A DNA stretch of 64,000 nt from a bacterium (GCA_029978085.1 JAPOJV010000001.1:2110-66109); one strand, 5' to 3'; numbered from the stretch's first letter, positions 52,651-62,003 are shown. Numbers and translations are program-made. Notes: generated by a model not told the origin, from the sequence alone.

Positions 52651-54026
52651 CAGGCGACCTCCCAGCCCGGGCGATACTGCTTGCGGATGAACCGAGCAGC
52701 CTCCGGGCAGTTCCTGGCCGTGAGCGCCGCCGCATCCCACTCCAGCCGCTTGCCGACACGATAGGCCACCGAGCCGAGCAGCACAGCCTCCGACAATGGG
52801 CCGGAGTAGCCGAAGTGACAGGTCGTCGGCGTACCCTCGCGGCAGGCGGCGATCCATTCGGCGTAGTGGCCGATCGACTTCGGGATCGACTGCGGCGGTG
52901 GCGTGAATCCGGCGAACTTCTCCGCCGGAAAGAGCCGGTAGCCGCCGTAGTCGGCGAACAGCATCCCGTCGCGGCCAACGAACATCACGCCGTTGCCCGG
53001 CACCTTCTGCCCGGCCACCTCCTTCGGGATCCGGTTGCCGTCGTACCACGTGAGCGTCACCGGCGGCTGCTCGCCGCGGGCGGGGAACTCGTACCGCACG
53101 ACCAGGCCCACGGGGCAGGTCTCGGGATCGACCTCGGCCCCCTCGGCCGCACACGCCGTCGGGTATTTCAGGTCAAGCGCCCAGAAGGGCAGGTCCATAT
53201 AGTGGCAGCCCATGTCGCCGAGCGTGCCGTTGCCGAAATCCCAAAACCGCCGCCAGTTCGCCGGGTGATAGGCACCGGCCGCGAACGGCCGAACCGGCGC
53301 CGGGCCGAGCCAGAGATCCCAGTGCAGCGTCGCCGGCGGCTCCTGCCCGCCTTCGGGCCGCTTGCCGCCCCCCCACGACTTGCCGACCCACACATGCACC
53401 TCCTGCACCGGGCCGATCGCCCCGGCACGGATGATCTCCACGACGCGGCGGTAGTTGTCTTCCGCGTGAATCTGCGTGCCCATCTGCGTGACCACGCCCG
53501 CCTTGGCCGCCTCCTCCGCGACGAGCCGTGCCTCGGCCACCGTGTGGGCCAGCGGCTTCTCGCAGTAGACGTGCATCTTCTTGCGGATGGCCCGAATCGA
53601 GGCCGGGGCATGGTGGTGGTCGGCCGTGCTCACCACGACCGCATCGACCGTGCCCACCTCCTTCTCGATCAGCTCACGGTAGTCGACGTAGGTGCGGACG
53701 TCGGGGAACCGGGCCGGCCGCTCCTTCTCGACCTGCTGGTCGTCCTCCTTCACCGTGTATACCTGCGGCTTCGTCTGCCGAGCCATAAACGTGTCGTCGA
53801 CGTCACACATCGCCACGATTTTCGCGCCCGTCACGGCAGCCACTCCGCCGACGTTGTCGGCCGCGCGATTCGCCACGCCGATGCAGGCGATCTGTAGCAG
53901 GTCGTTGGCCCCCAGCGCCGGCCGGGCCGAAAGCCCGCTGAACACGCCCCCCGACAATCCGGCGAGGCCGGCCGAGAGCGTCTTGACCGCCGTACGGCGG
54001 GAAACCGTGACCCGTGATGCCATCAT
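52650..54026 (-). CDS. Gfo/Idh/MocA-family oxidoreductase with a Tat-like signal
   Basis: SRRTAVKTLSAGLAG signal, IACIGVANRAADN, VYCEKPLAH. Confidence 0.88.
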   Translation of the reverse strand: MMASRVTVSRRTAVKTLSAGLAGLSGGVFSGLSARPALGANDLLQIACIGVANRAADNVGGVAAVTGAKIVAMCDVDDTFMARQTKPQVYTVKEDDQQVEKERPARFPDVRTYVDYRELIEKEVGTVDAVVVSTADHHHAPASIRAIRKKMHVYCEKPLAHTVAEARLVAEEAAKAGVVTQMGTQIHAEDNYRRVVEIIRAGAIGPVQEVHVWVGKSWGGGKRPEGGQEPPATLHWDLWLGPAPVRPFAAGAYHPANWRRFWDFGNGTLGDMGCHYMDLPFWALDLKYPTACAAEGAEVDPETCPVGLVVRYEFPARGEQPPVTLTWYDGNRIPKEVAGQKVPGNGVMFVGRDGMLFADYGGYRLFPAEKFAGFTPPPQSIPKSIGHYAEWIAACREGTPTTCHFGYSGPLSEAVLLGSVAYRVGKRLEWDAAALTARNCPEAARFIRKQYRPGWEVA

Positions 54027-54080
54027 GAAACTCCTGGGAGGGAATGCTGTCGAGCAAGGAGGCTGCTGATTCGATGCCGA

Positions 54081-54782
54081 CTACAGCTCCTTGATGAACA
54101 CGTTGCGGACGTGCATCGGTGCGCCGTGGGTCTGAATCTGGATGGGGCCCGTGGCGGGCAGCGGCTTCCCCTTCTCGAAGAAGTTCGCCAGCGGCGCCGC
54201 ATCGACCACCACCTGCCCATTGAGTTCGACGGTCACCTGCTCGCCGACCATCCTGATCTGCGTCGTGTTCCACTCACCGACGGGTTTGTCGGCCTTCACG
54301 AGCGGCCATTTGCCGGGTGCATCGCCGGGGTTGTTCCACAGGCCACCGGAGCCTTTCTGGCAGCCGTGCTTGAAATCCCGTTCACACTGTGGATCCCAGA
54401 TCTGCACCTGCGGATTTCCGCGGAGGTAGATGCCGCTGTCAGCGCAAGGCTTCGGAAGCATCCACTCGACGAGCAGTTCGAAGTCACCGTAGTCGCGATC
54501 GGTCGTGAGAAACACGCCGTGGCCGTCGCTCACGATCACGCCGTCCTGCACCGTCCAGTGGGCAGCCAGATCGTCGTTCCATTGTTTCTGCCGAGTCTCG
54601 TGCTCCGCAGGCGTGCCTGCCGCCTCCGCCCGTGGATCCAGATGAGGCCGACCCCGCCAGCCGGCCAGGTCACGGCCGTTGAAGAGCGGCGTAAAGCCAG
54701 CCGGTGGCTCCGCCCCAACAAAGGTGCCAGCCACCAAATCCAGGCAAGCCAGCACAAACACAGCGCAGCGAAGTCTCGTCAT
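54081..54782 (-). CDS. DUF1080 (3-keto-disaccharide hydrolase family) secreted protein
   Basis: ORF 54081..54854 trimmed to ATG 54782 (MTRLRCAVFVLACLDLVAGTFVGA). FTPLFNGRDLAGWRG, WTVQDGVIVSDG and YGDFELLVEW. Confidence 0.85.
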   Translation of the reverse strand: MTRLRCAVFVLACLDLVAGTFVGAEPPAGFTPLFNGRDLAGWRGRPHLDPRAEAAGTPAEHETRQKQWNDDLAAHWTVQDGVIVSDGHGVFLTTDRDYGDFELLVEWMLPKPCADSGIYLRGNPQVQIWDPQCERDFKHGCQKGSGGLWNNPGDAPGKWPLVKADKPVGEWNTTQIRMVGEQVTVELNGQVVVDAAPLANFFEKGKPLPATGPIQIQTHGAPMHVRNVFIKEL

Positions 54783-54819
54783 CAACGCATCTTCTCCAGA
54801 TTTGGTGGCTGGCACCTTT
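54720..54819. repeat. Inverted repeat, copy 3: 21-bp perfect arms, 58-bp spacer, straddling the DUF1080 start codon
   Basis: AAAGGTGCCAGCCACCAAATC (54720-54740, inside the CDS, encoding DLVAGTF on the minus strand) pairs with GATTTGGTGGCTGGCACCTTT (54799-54819, beginning 1 nt after the upstream gene's stop). Confidence 0.9.
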
Positions 54820-55845
54820 TTAAACCGCGACGGGTGCGCCCCCTTGCGCCGCACTTTTGTCGGCGGCGAAGATCACGGCGAACGTGCGGGCGGCCTCGCG
54901 GAAGCTCGTGAGCGGCATCGGCTCGCCCCGGTCGAGGGCGTCGAAGAACGCCTGGAACTGGGCCTGATACGGGTGGTCGCTCACGTCGCCCGAGTCGAGC
55001 ATCTTCATCGAGAGCCGGCTCCAGTGCCCCTTATCGGCCTTGAGCTTCATCGAATGGAAGCGGTCGTCGAGCAGGCTCCCCTCGCTGCCGACCAGGTGCG
55101 TGTGGAAGTAGTAGGGCTGCAGGCAGTCGACGATCGCGGCCGTCTTGCCTACGGCGCCGTTCTTGAACCGCAGGATCGTGACGCTCGACGTGTCGTATTC
55201 GTACGGCGTGAAAAACTCGCTCGCCGACTTGGTGCTGATGCTCGACACGCTCTCCACCTCATCTCCCATGAGCATGAGCAGCGCATCGAGCGCGTGGCAG
55301 CCAGCCGTGAGCAGGGCGCTGCCCCCCTCCTTCTTGCCGGTGTTCCACCGGTATTGGCCATACCAGGGGCCGATCCCGTGGTAGTAGTCGACCTCGCCGT
55401 AGTGCAGCCGGCCGAGCAGCCCCTCGTCGAGCAGCGCCTTCGTCACCTGGAACTGGTTGGAGAACCGACACTCGAAGCAGACGCAGCCCTGCACGCCGTT
55501 GGCCTCGGCCGCCGCGAGGATGTCGCTGACTTCCTCCGGCGAGTTGGCCATCGGCTTCTCGAGGATCACGTGCTTCTTCGCCTTCGCCGCCGCGACAGCC
55601 TGCTCACGGTGCAGGCTCGGCAGGCCCGTGATGTCGACGACGTCGATCCCGGGATCGGCCAGCATGTCGTCGAGCCGCTGATACACACGGATCGGGCAGC
55701 CGTGCTTCGCGGAGAGCTCCGCCGCATCGAGCGGCCGCGACGAGCAGACGGCCACGACGCGGCCCTGCCGCGTGGCGTTGATGGCGGCCAGGTGGGCCGT
55801 CGCCGCCCAGCCGTAGCCCACGATGCCGACGTTCACGTTCTTCAT
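54820..55845 (-). CDS. Gfo/Idh/MocA-family oxidoreductase (no signal peptide)
   Basis: VGIVGYGWAATAH Rossmann motif, VILEKPMA. ATGA overlap with the upstream gene. Confidence 0.88.
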   Translation of the reverse strand: MKNVNVGIVGYGWAATAHLAAINATRQGRVVAVCSSRPLDAAELSAKHGCPIRVYQRLDDMLADPGIDVVDITGLPSLHREQAVAAAKAKKHVILEKPMANSPEEVSDILAAAEANGVQGCVCFECRFSNQFQVTKALLDEGLLGRLHYGEVDYYHGIGPWYGQYRWNTGKKEGGSALLTAGCHALDALLMLMGDEVESVSSISTKSASEFFTPYEYDTSSVTILRFKNGAVGKTAAIVDCLQPYYFHTHLVGSEGSLLDDRFHSMKLKADKGHWSRLSMKMLDSGDVSDHPYQAQFQAFFDALDRGEPMPLTSFREAARTFAVIFAADKSAAQGGAPVAV

Positions 55846-57839
55846 TTCCGGGGCTCCGTCTTGTGCAGTACGAATCCTTCGATCGCCTCGTATTCGGGCA
55901 GGCCAAGCTTATCGTAGAGCCGGGCCGTGTCGCGGTTACGATCCTCGGCCCGCTGCCAGAACTCCCGCGGGTCGCTGGGTCCCGGAAAGAGCGCCCGATC
56001 CTTCTGGCTCTCGTGCTTGAAGATCGCCATCCGCTTCCGCTCCACCTCGTCGGGCGAGAGCGGCACCGCCATCTCGATCTCGTGCGGCTCCCACTCCTGC
56101 CAGGCGCCCCGGTAGAGCCACAGCTCGCACTGCTTCGCCCAGTCCCGATCCTTCACCTGCTCGAGCGCCTGCGTGACGGCGGAGAGGCAGACGCGATGCG
56201 TGCCGTGCGGGTCGGAGAGGTCGCCGGCGGCATAGACCTGGTGTGGCTTCACCCGCTCGAGCAGATCGACCGTGATGGCGATGTCCCGCGGACCGATCGG
56301 CAGCTTGCGGACCTTGCCCGTCTCGTAGAACGGCAGGTCGAGGAAGGGGATGTGCTCCGGCTTCACGCCCGAGTAGCGGGCCCCGGCCCGGGCCTCGGTG
56401 CGGCGGATCAGCCCTTTGACGAGCTGCAGTTCAGGCAGATCGACGGCACCGGCGGGCTTCGTCTTCAAGAACGTGCGGACCTTGTCCGCCACCTCCTCCG
56501 CCTTTGCCCCGACGCCGAACGCCCGGCAGAACTCCTCCACGAAGTCCACGTGGCGGTCGGCCGACTCGTCCCACACGGCGATGTTGCCGCTCGTCTGGTA
56601 GGCCACGTGCACCTCGTGCCCCTGCTCGCAGAGCCGGATGAACGTCCCGCCCATGCTGATCACATCGTCGTCGGGATGCGGGCTGAACACGATGACCCGC
56701 TTCGGAAACTCGGTCGCCTTACGAGCCTCGGCTGCCTGGTCGAGCCCGCGAATCCGCCGCGGTGCGCCCGGCTTGCCGGCCGGCCAGCCGGTGATCGTGT
56801 CCTGCATCGCCCGAAATACCTCGATGTTGATGTCGTAGGCCCGGCCGCGATTGGACAGCAGGTCCTGCAGGCCATGCTCGTTGTAATCCTCGTCGGTGAG
56901 CTTGAGGATCGGTTTTCCGAGCGTGATCGCCAGCCAGATCACGGCCTTCCGCGTGAGCGACTCGGTCCACTCGAGCCCCATCGTGTCGAGCGGCCCCACC
57001 AGCCACGGCGACTCGAACCGCGTGAGCCGCGCGGCGGCGGCCCGGTCGAGCACGAACCTCGCGTCGGCATGCTGCTGGAGCGCACTGGCCGACACATGGC
57101 TGCATGGCGGCTCCTCGACGGCTTTCCGCACGATCGGCGCCTTGTGCTCACCGAACGCCAGGAGCACCACCCGCCGCGCGTCGAGGATCGATCCCACGCC
57201 CATCGTGATCGCCTGCCGCGGCACGTTCCACTCGCCGAAGAAGTCGCTGGCGGCGTCGGACCGCGTCACGCTGTCGAGCGTGATGAGTCGCGTGCGGCTG
57301 TCGAGCGGGCTGCCCGGCTCGTTGAAGCCGATGTGGCCCGTGCGGCCGATGCCGAGCACCTGGAGATCGATCCCGCCCGCCTCGCGGATCTGCTCCTCAT
57401 ACCGGCCGCAGGCGCGGGCCACGTCGCCGCGGGCCAGCGTGCCGTCGGGGATGTGGATCGCCGCAGCCGGAATGTCGATGTGGTCGAAGAGGTGCTCCCG
57501 CATGAACCGGTGGTAGCTCTGGAGCGCGTCGGGCTGCATCGGCCAGTATTCGTCGAGATTGAACGTGACGACCGTCTTGAACGACACGCCCTCCTCGCGG
57601 TGGAGGCGGATCAGCTCGTCGTAGACGCCCACGGGCGTGCTCCCCGTGGCGAGGCCGAGCACGGTCTTGAGGCCGGCCCGAGCCCGCTCCGTGACGAGAT
57701 CGGCGATCTCCCGCGCCACAGACCGGCTGGCGTCGCCCGGCTGGTCGTAGACGGTGACGGGGATCCGTTCGACCGTGTGCACATGCGGAAGCGGTCCGCG
57801 GTAGATCGGTGGCGTGGCGGTGCTGGAGGCGACGTTCAT
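55842..57839 (-). CDS. nagB: Glucosamine-6-phosphate deaminase (NagB-like) fused to a LmbE/PIG-L-family deacetylase domain
   Basis: N-terminal half: GLATGSTPVGVYDELIRL, FNLDEYWPM, GIGRTGHIGFNEPGS. C-terminal half: VIVFSPHPDDDVISMGGT. Confidence 0.85.
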   Translation of the reverse strand: MNVASSTATPPIYRGPLPHVHTVERIPVTVYDQPGDASRSVAREIADLVTERARAGLKTVLGLATGSTPVGVYDELIRLHREEGVSFKTVVTFNLDEYWPMQPDALQSYHRFMREHLFDHIDIPAAAIHIPDGTLARGDVARACGRYEEQIREAGGIDLQVLGIGRTGHIGFNEPGSPLDSRTRLITLDSVTRSDAASDFFGEWNVPRQAITMGVGSILDARRVVLLAFGEHKAPIVRKAVEEPPCSHVSASALQQHADARFVLDRAAAARLTRFESPWLVGPLDTMGLEWTESLTRKAVIWLAITLGKPILKLTDEDYNEHGLQDLLSNRGRAYDINIEVFRAMQDTITGWPAGKPGAPRRIRGLDQAAEARKATEFPKRVIVFSPHPDDDVISMGGTFIRLCEQGHEVHVAYQTSGNIAVWDESADRHVDFVEEFCRAFGVGAKAEEVADKVRTFLKTKPAGAVDLPELQLVKGLIRRTEARAGARYSGVKPEHIPFLDLPFYETGKVRKLPIGPRDIAITVDLLERVKPHQVYAAGDLSDPHGTHRVCLSAVTQALEQVKDRDWAKQCELWLYRGAWQEWEPHEIEMAVPLSPDEVERKRMAIFKHESQKDRALFPGPSDPREFWQRAEDRNRDTARLYDKLGLPEYEAIEGFVLHKTEPRK

Positions 57840-57887
57840 CAGATACTCCTCTGGTCATGATCCTGAAGGGAACGATAGAGCCGGCGG

Positions 57888-59219
57888 CTACACGAGCTTT
57901 GTCCGGCCGGGAATGGCGTGCGCCGGGGCAGGCAAGGCACCGTCCCAGGCGAGATCCTTGGGAAAGAGGTCGAGCTGCGACTCCTTGGTCACGAAATCCC
58001 ACGTGACCCGCTGGCCGGAGTAGGCCGCAAGCCGGCCCATCACCGCGACGAGCGAGCTGTCGGCGGTCTGCTTCAGCTCGACGATCGGCGTGCCGGCGCG
58101 GATCGAGTCGACGAGATCCTTGTGCTCCTGCTGATAGGCGGCGCCGATGTTGCCGCCCGTCTGCCAGACCACCTTCCCGTCGCGGTCGAGAATCTTCGAG
58201 CCCGCGTTCATGGCGCCGATGTGGCAGGTGCCCTGGGAGCCATACACGACGGTGCTGTTGTCGGCCGCTGACCCCGGAATCTGTCGGCACAGAAACGACA
58301 CGGTGCGATTCCCCGGATACTCATAGTCGATGCTCATCGAGTCCCACATCTCGCTGTCGGCAGGCCGCGTGAACCGGCCGCCGGAGCCGTAGGCCGAGAG
58401 CGGATTATCGCCCATCAGCCAATTGATGGTGTCGATATTGTGGACGGCCTGCTCGCAGATCTGGTCACCGCTCAGCCAGATGAAGTGCATCCAATTGTTG
58501 AGCTGATACTGGGCGTCGCTCATGTCGGGCTGACGGCCTCGATACCAGATGCCGCTCGAGCAATACCGGGTCGTCGCGTGGATCACGTCGCCGATCTCCC
58601 CCTTGCGAATCCGCTCGATGGCCTCGATGTAGCTCGGCTGGCGGCGATACTGCGTACCTGTGACGATGGCGGTGTGTTGGGCCGCCGCCTTGTCGTGGGC
58701 CTCGAGGCAGATGCGGTAGCCCGCCGGATCGACGCACGCCGGCTTTTCGGCGAAGACGTGCTTCCCCGCCTCCACGGCCTCCAAGAGATACCGCGGCCGG
58801 AAGCCGGGCGACGTGGTGAGCAGCACGATGTCGACGGCCGGATCGTCGAGGATTTGTTTGTAGCCGTCGAGGCCGCCGTACATCTTCGCGTCGTCGATCG
58901 CCACCTTGTCGCCGTGGGACGCGAGGCTCTTCCGCAGGGCCGCGCACTTGGCCGGAGAGAGGTCGGCCGCCGCGACGATCTTCACGCCCTGGTTGATCGA
59001 CAGCGAGTCGTTGACGGCGCCGCTGCCCCGGCCGCCGCAGCCCACGATGCCGAGTCGCAGCTCGCGAACCTCCTCCGCGGCAGCGACCGACGAGTGCACC
59101 ATCAGGCCGGAGGCGAGCGACGCAGCCGCGCCCGCCCCGAGAAAGCCACGGCGGCTCGAGGTCTGATCCATGCCTGATGCCTGGCCCATGATCATCGTCT
59201 CCGAAGGTGAATCGTTCAT
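57888..59219 (-). CDS. Gfo/Idh/MocA-family oxidoreductase with a twin-arginine signal
   Basis: ORF 57888..59387 trimmed to ATG 59219 (one-nt TGATG overlap with the upstream stop). SSRRGFLGAGAAA, LGIVGCGGRGSG, VFAEKPAC. Confidence 0.85.
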   Translation of the reverse strand: MNDSPSETMIMGQASGMDQTSSRRGFLGAGAAASLASGLMVHSSVAAAEEVRELRLGIVGCGGRGSGAVNDSLSINQGVKIVAAADLSPAKCAALRKSLASHGDKVAIDDAKMYGGLDGYKQILDDPAVDIVLLTTSPGFRPRYLLEAVEAGKHVFAEKPACVDPAGYRICLEAHDKAAAQHTAIVTGTQYRRQPSYIEAIERIRKGEIGDVIHATTRYCSSGIWYRGRQPDMSDAQYQLNNWMHFIWLSGDQICEQAVHNIDTINWLMGDNPLSAYGSGGRFTRPADSEMWDSMSIDYEYPGNRTVSFLCRQIPGSAADNSTVVYGSQGTCHIGAMNAGSKILDRDGKVVWQTGGNIGAAYQQEHKDLVDSIRAGTPIVELKQTADSSLVAVMGRLAAYSGQRVTWDFVTKESQLDLFPKDLAWDGALPAPAHAIPGRTKLV

Positions 59220-60154
59220 CAGCCGAGCAGGGCCGTCTTCATCTGATCCAGCACGGTTTTCAGCCGGGGCACGTCGCCTCCGCCCACCTCGGCGGAGACC
59301 CAGCCCTTGAAGCCGATGTCGGCGAGCGCGGCACGCACGGCCGCCCAGTCGATATCGCCGGCCGTGATATCGACGAAGCCCTTCCACTTGCCTTCGGCAT
59401 CGGCCTTGGCATTGGAATAGCCCTTGATGTCGAGCTTGACGATCCGCGGTCCGAGCTCACGAATCCAGGCGGCCACGTCGCCATAGCGGGCGTGGTTGCC
59501 GAGATCGAAGAAGGCGCCGACCCACGGGCTCTCAAAGCTGTCGATGTAGTCGGCGAACGGCGTGACCGACTGGGTCCGCGGCCCGTCGTCCTGGTAGAAG
59601 AGGCCGTTCCACACGTTCTCGAACAGGATTCGCTGGCCGAGCGTGGCCGCCAGCGGAATGGCCTTGCGAATCTCGTCGCGAGCCCGAGCCGGCCCCTCCG
59701 GCCCGTCGGTCGCCTTGCCGACGACGACGAGCACGCCGCTCCCGCCGGCCGCGTGCGACACGCGGATGCAGTGCATGAGGTTGGCAAGCCCCGCCGCCCG
59801 CACGGCGTCGTCGGGGCTCGTAAGCGTCTTGCCCCAGTGGGCGTGATTGATTGCGTTATGAATGAAGACGCCCGTGCTGGCAGCCGCCTCCCGCAATTGC
59901 TCCGGCGTTACAGACGCCGCGTCGTCGAAGTCGACGCCATCCATCCCGGCCTCACGGGCAGAGGCAAGCCGCTCGTCGAGGCTCCCGCCCTTGGTCATCG
60001 TGTACTTGCACGAGAACAGGAGCCCCTGCGGGGGCTCCGGGAGCGACACGGTGCCGGCGGGGGCTGTCTTCGTCACGGCATCATCTGCGTGAGCTGTGGT
60101 CGAGGCGACGGCAGCGGCGACCGATGCGAGCAATTCGCGACGCTTAAGGCGCAT
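59219..60154 (-). CDS. Xylose-isomerase-like TIM-barrel protein (sugar phosphate isomerase/epimerase family) with a signal peptide
   Basis: MRLKRRELLASVAAAVASTTAHA signal. GMDGVDFD, ILFENVWN and FDLGNH patterns are typical of the family. Confidence 0.75.
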   Translation of the reverse strand: MRLKRRELLASVAAAVASTTAHADDAVTKTAPAGTVSLPEPPQGLLFSCKYTMTKGGSLDERLASAREAGMDGVDFDDAASVTPEQLREAAASTGVFIHNAINHAHWGKTLTSPDDAVRAAGLANLMHCIRVSHAAGGSGVLVVVGKATDGPEGPARARDEIRKAIPLAATLGQRILFENVWNGLFYQDDGPRTQSVTPFADYIDSFESPWVGAFFDLGNHARYGDVAAWIRELGPRIVKLDIKGYSNAKADAEGKWKGFVDITAGDIDWAAVRAALADIGFKGWVSAEVGGGDVPRLKTVLDQMKTALLG

Positions 60155-60299
60155 GGGATCTCCAAAAAGCGGAAGCCGGCATCTTCGCCCCAGCGGATTC
60201 CAGCCGAAATACCCAAACGTCCAAAGTCATGCCTATTTGTACTTCACGGGGACTGATTGAGGCTGCCGGAAGATGGTATGAGAAGCGATTTTTTGTAAT

Positions 60300-61268
60300 A
60301 TGCACGGAGTTTCCCACGCGATCACACCGCGGCCCGCCCGGCATGCCATGCGTAAAAGTGCCAAGGAATACTACCGGTATCTCGCGGTGAACCCACGGGA
60401 CCACGCCTGGGGGCTGTGTGTCACGGGCGCCGGCTACCAGCCGGCTGCTCCGGGATCCGCGGGCGTACCCCGCCGGCGACACCCTCCGGGACACTTCTAC
60501 GCCTGGGATGCAGGCCGGGTGCTCAACGAGTATGCACTCGTCTACGTGACCCACGGCCAGGGCGAATTCGATTCCCAGGCCACGGGCCTGCGATCGCTCG
60601 AGGCCGGCGATGCCCTGATCCTGTTTCCGGGCGTATGGCACCGGTATCGGCCACTCCAGGATACGGGCTGGGGCAGCTACTGGATTCACTTCGAGGGGGA
60701 GACAGCCGATCGACTGCGAGCCACCAGCGCGATCCAGCCGCAGCAGGCCGTGCTCCGCGTCGGCCTCGATGAAACCATTCTCCAGGCCTTCACGACCGTG
60801 CTCGATGCCCTGCACGCCGAGTCGGCAGGCTTCGCCCAGATCGCCGCGGCCCGCACGATGGAGATCCTGGCTCGGATCGTCGGCGCGGCCGCGACCGAGC
60901 GGCCCGTCCCCCGGCTGCAGGCGATCGTCCGCCGGGCCCGGCTGATGCTAGAGGAGGATCCAGGCGGCCTGCCGCACGTCGAGGAGATGATCCGCACGTT
61001 CGACGTCAGCCGCACCCACTTCTTTCGCGTGTTCAAGGAACAGACGGGCCAGAGCCCCTATAAGTATCATCTCCAGCTCACGATCCGCCGCGCGGCCGAG
61101 ATGCTTCGCGACTCGCCGATGTCGGTGAAGCAGATCGCGGTGACGCTTGGCTTCCGCAACCCCTACCACTTTTCAAAGCTGTTCAAGCTGAAGACCGGCT
61201 CGTCGCCCCGCGACTACCGCCAGCACTGGCGGGCAATGTCGGCCCGCGAGGCCGTGACGGCCAGTTGA
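60300..61268 (+). CDS. AraC-family transcriptional regulator
   Basis: C-terminal HTH pair: HFFRVFKEQTGQSPYKYHLQLTIRRAAEML and IAVTLGFRNPYHFSKLFKLKTGSSPRDYR. Divergent from the minus-strand sugar operon. Confidence 0.88.
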   Translation: MHGVSHAITPRPARHAMRKSAKEYYRYLAVNPRDHAWGLCVTGAGYQPAAPGSAGVPRRRHPPGHFYAWDAGRVLNEYALVYVTHGQGEFDSQATGLRSLEAGDALILFPGVWHRYRPLQDTGWGSYWIHFEGETADRLRATSAIQPQQAVLRVGLDETILQAFTTVLDALHAESAGFAQIAAARTMEILARIVGAAATERPVPRLQAIVRRARLMLEEDPGGLPHVEEMIRTFDVSRTHFFRVFKEQTGQSPYKYHLQLTIRRAAEMLRDSPMSVKQIAVTLGFRNPYHFSKLFKLKTGSSPRDYRQHWRAMSAREAVTAS

Positions 61269-61318
61269 GCGACGCACGTTGACCTTTGTGATGCCCCCCG
61301 CCTTCCCGGAGCACTTTC

Positions 61319-61978
61319 ATGCACATCACTCCTGGCGCCCTCGCCGTCGGCCTCGTCATCATCTCCAGTTGCCTCGGCACGGCCCGAGCTGAGGACGCGT
61401 CACCAGCTCCCGCGGGATTCACGTCGCTCTTCACCGGCACCGATCTGACCGGCTGGGCCGGGGCGGTCGACAACTACGAGGTCCGCGACGGCGCGATCGT
61501 CTGCAAGCCCGGCCAGGGGGGCACGCTCCACACGAAAGAGTCATACGGCGACTTCATCGTGCGGTTCGAGTTCCTCCTGCCACCCGGCGGCAACAACGGC
61601 CTGGCGATCCGCTATCCGGGGAGCGGCGATCCGGCCTACACGGGGATGTGTGAGCTGCAGGTGCTCGACAGCGAGCATCCCAAGTATGCGAAGCTCGATC
61701 CCCGGCAGTATCACGGCTCCGCCTACGGCATGGCCGCCGCCCGCCGCGGCCACCTCCGGCCCACCGGCGAGTGGAACGAACAGCAGGTGACGGTGCAGGG
61801 CTCGCGGATCACGGTCGAGTTGAATGGCACGACGATCCTCGATGCCGACCTGAAAGACGTGACCGAGTTTCTCGACGGCAAAGCCCACCCCGGCAAGGAC
61901 TTGAAGGAGGGCTTCTTCGGGTTCGCCGGCCACGGCGACTCGGTCATGTTCCGCCGCATCGCGATCAAGCGACTGTAG
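61319..61978 (+). CDS. DUF1080 (3-keto-disaccharide hydrolase family) secreted protein
   Basis: Signal peptide, FTSLFTGTDLTGWAG, YEVRDGAIVC, YGDFIVRFEFLLPPGGNNGLAIR. Confidence 0.85.
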   Translation: MHITPGALAVGLVIISSCLGTARAEDASPAPAGFTSLFTGTDLTGWAGAVDNYEVRDGAIVCKPGQGGTLHTKESYGDFIVRFEFLLPPGGNNGLAIRYPGSGDPAYTGMCELQVLDSEHPKYAKLDPRQYHGSAYGMAAARRGHLRPTGEWNEQQVTVQGSRITVELNGTTILDADLKDVTEFLDGKAHPGKDLKEGFFGFAGHGDSVMFRRIAIKRL

Positions 61979-62003
61979 TTCCGAGGGCTGCGCATGACCG
62001 TTC

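Noticed and set aside
55863-57860. 665-aa plus-strand ORF antisense to the nagB-LmbE fusion gene
   Set aside because: Same reasoning: the minus strand carries NagB and PIG-L signatures and operon coupling.
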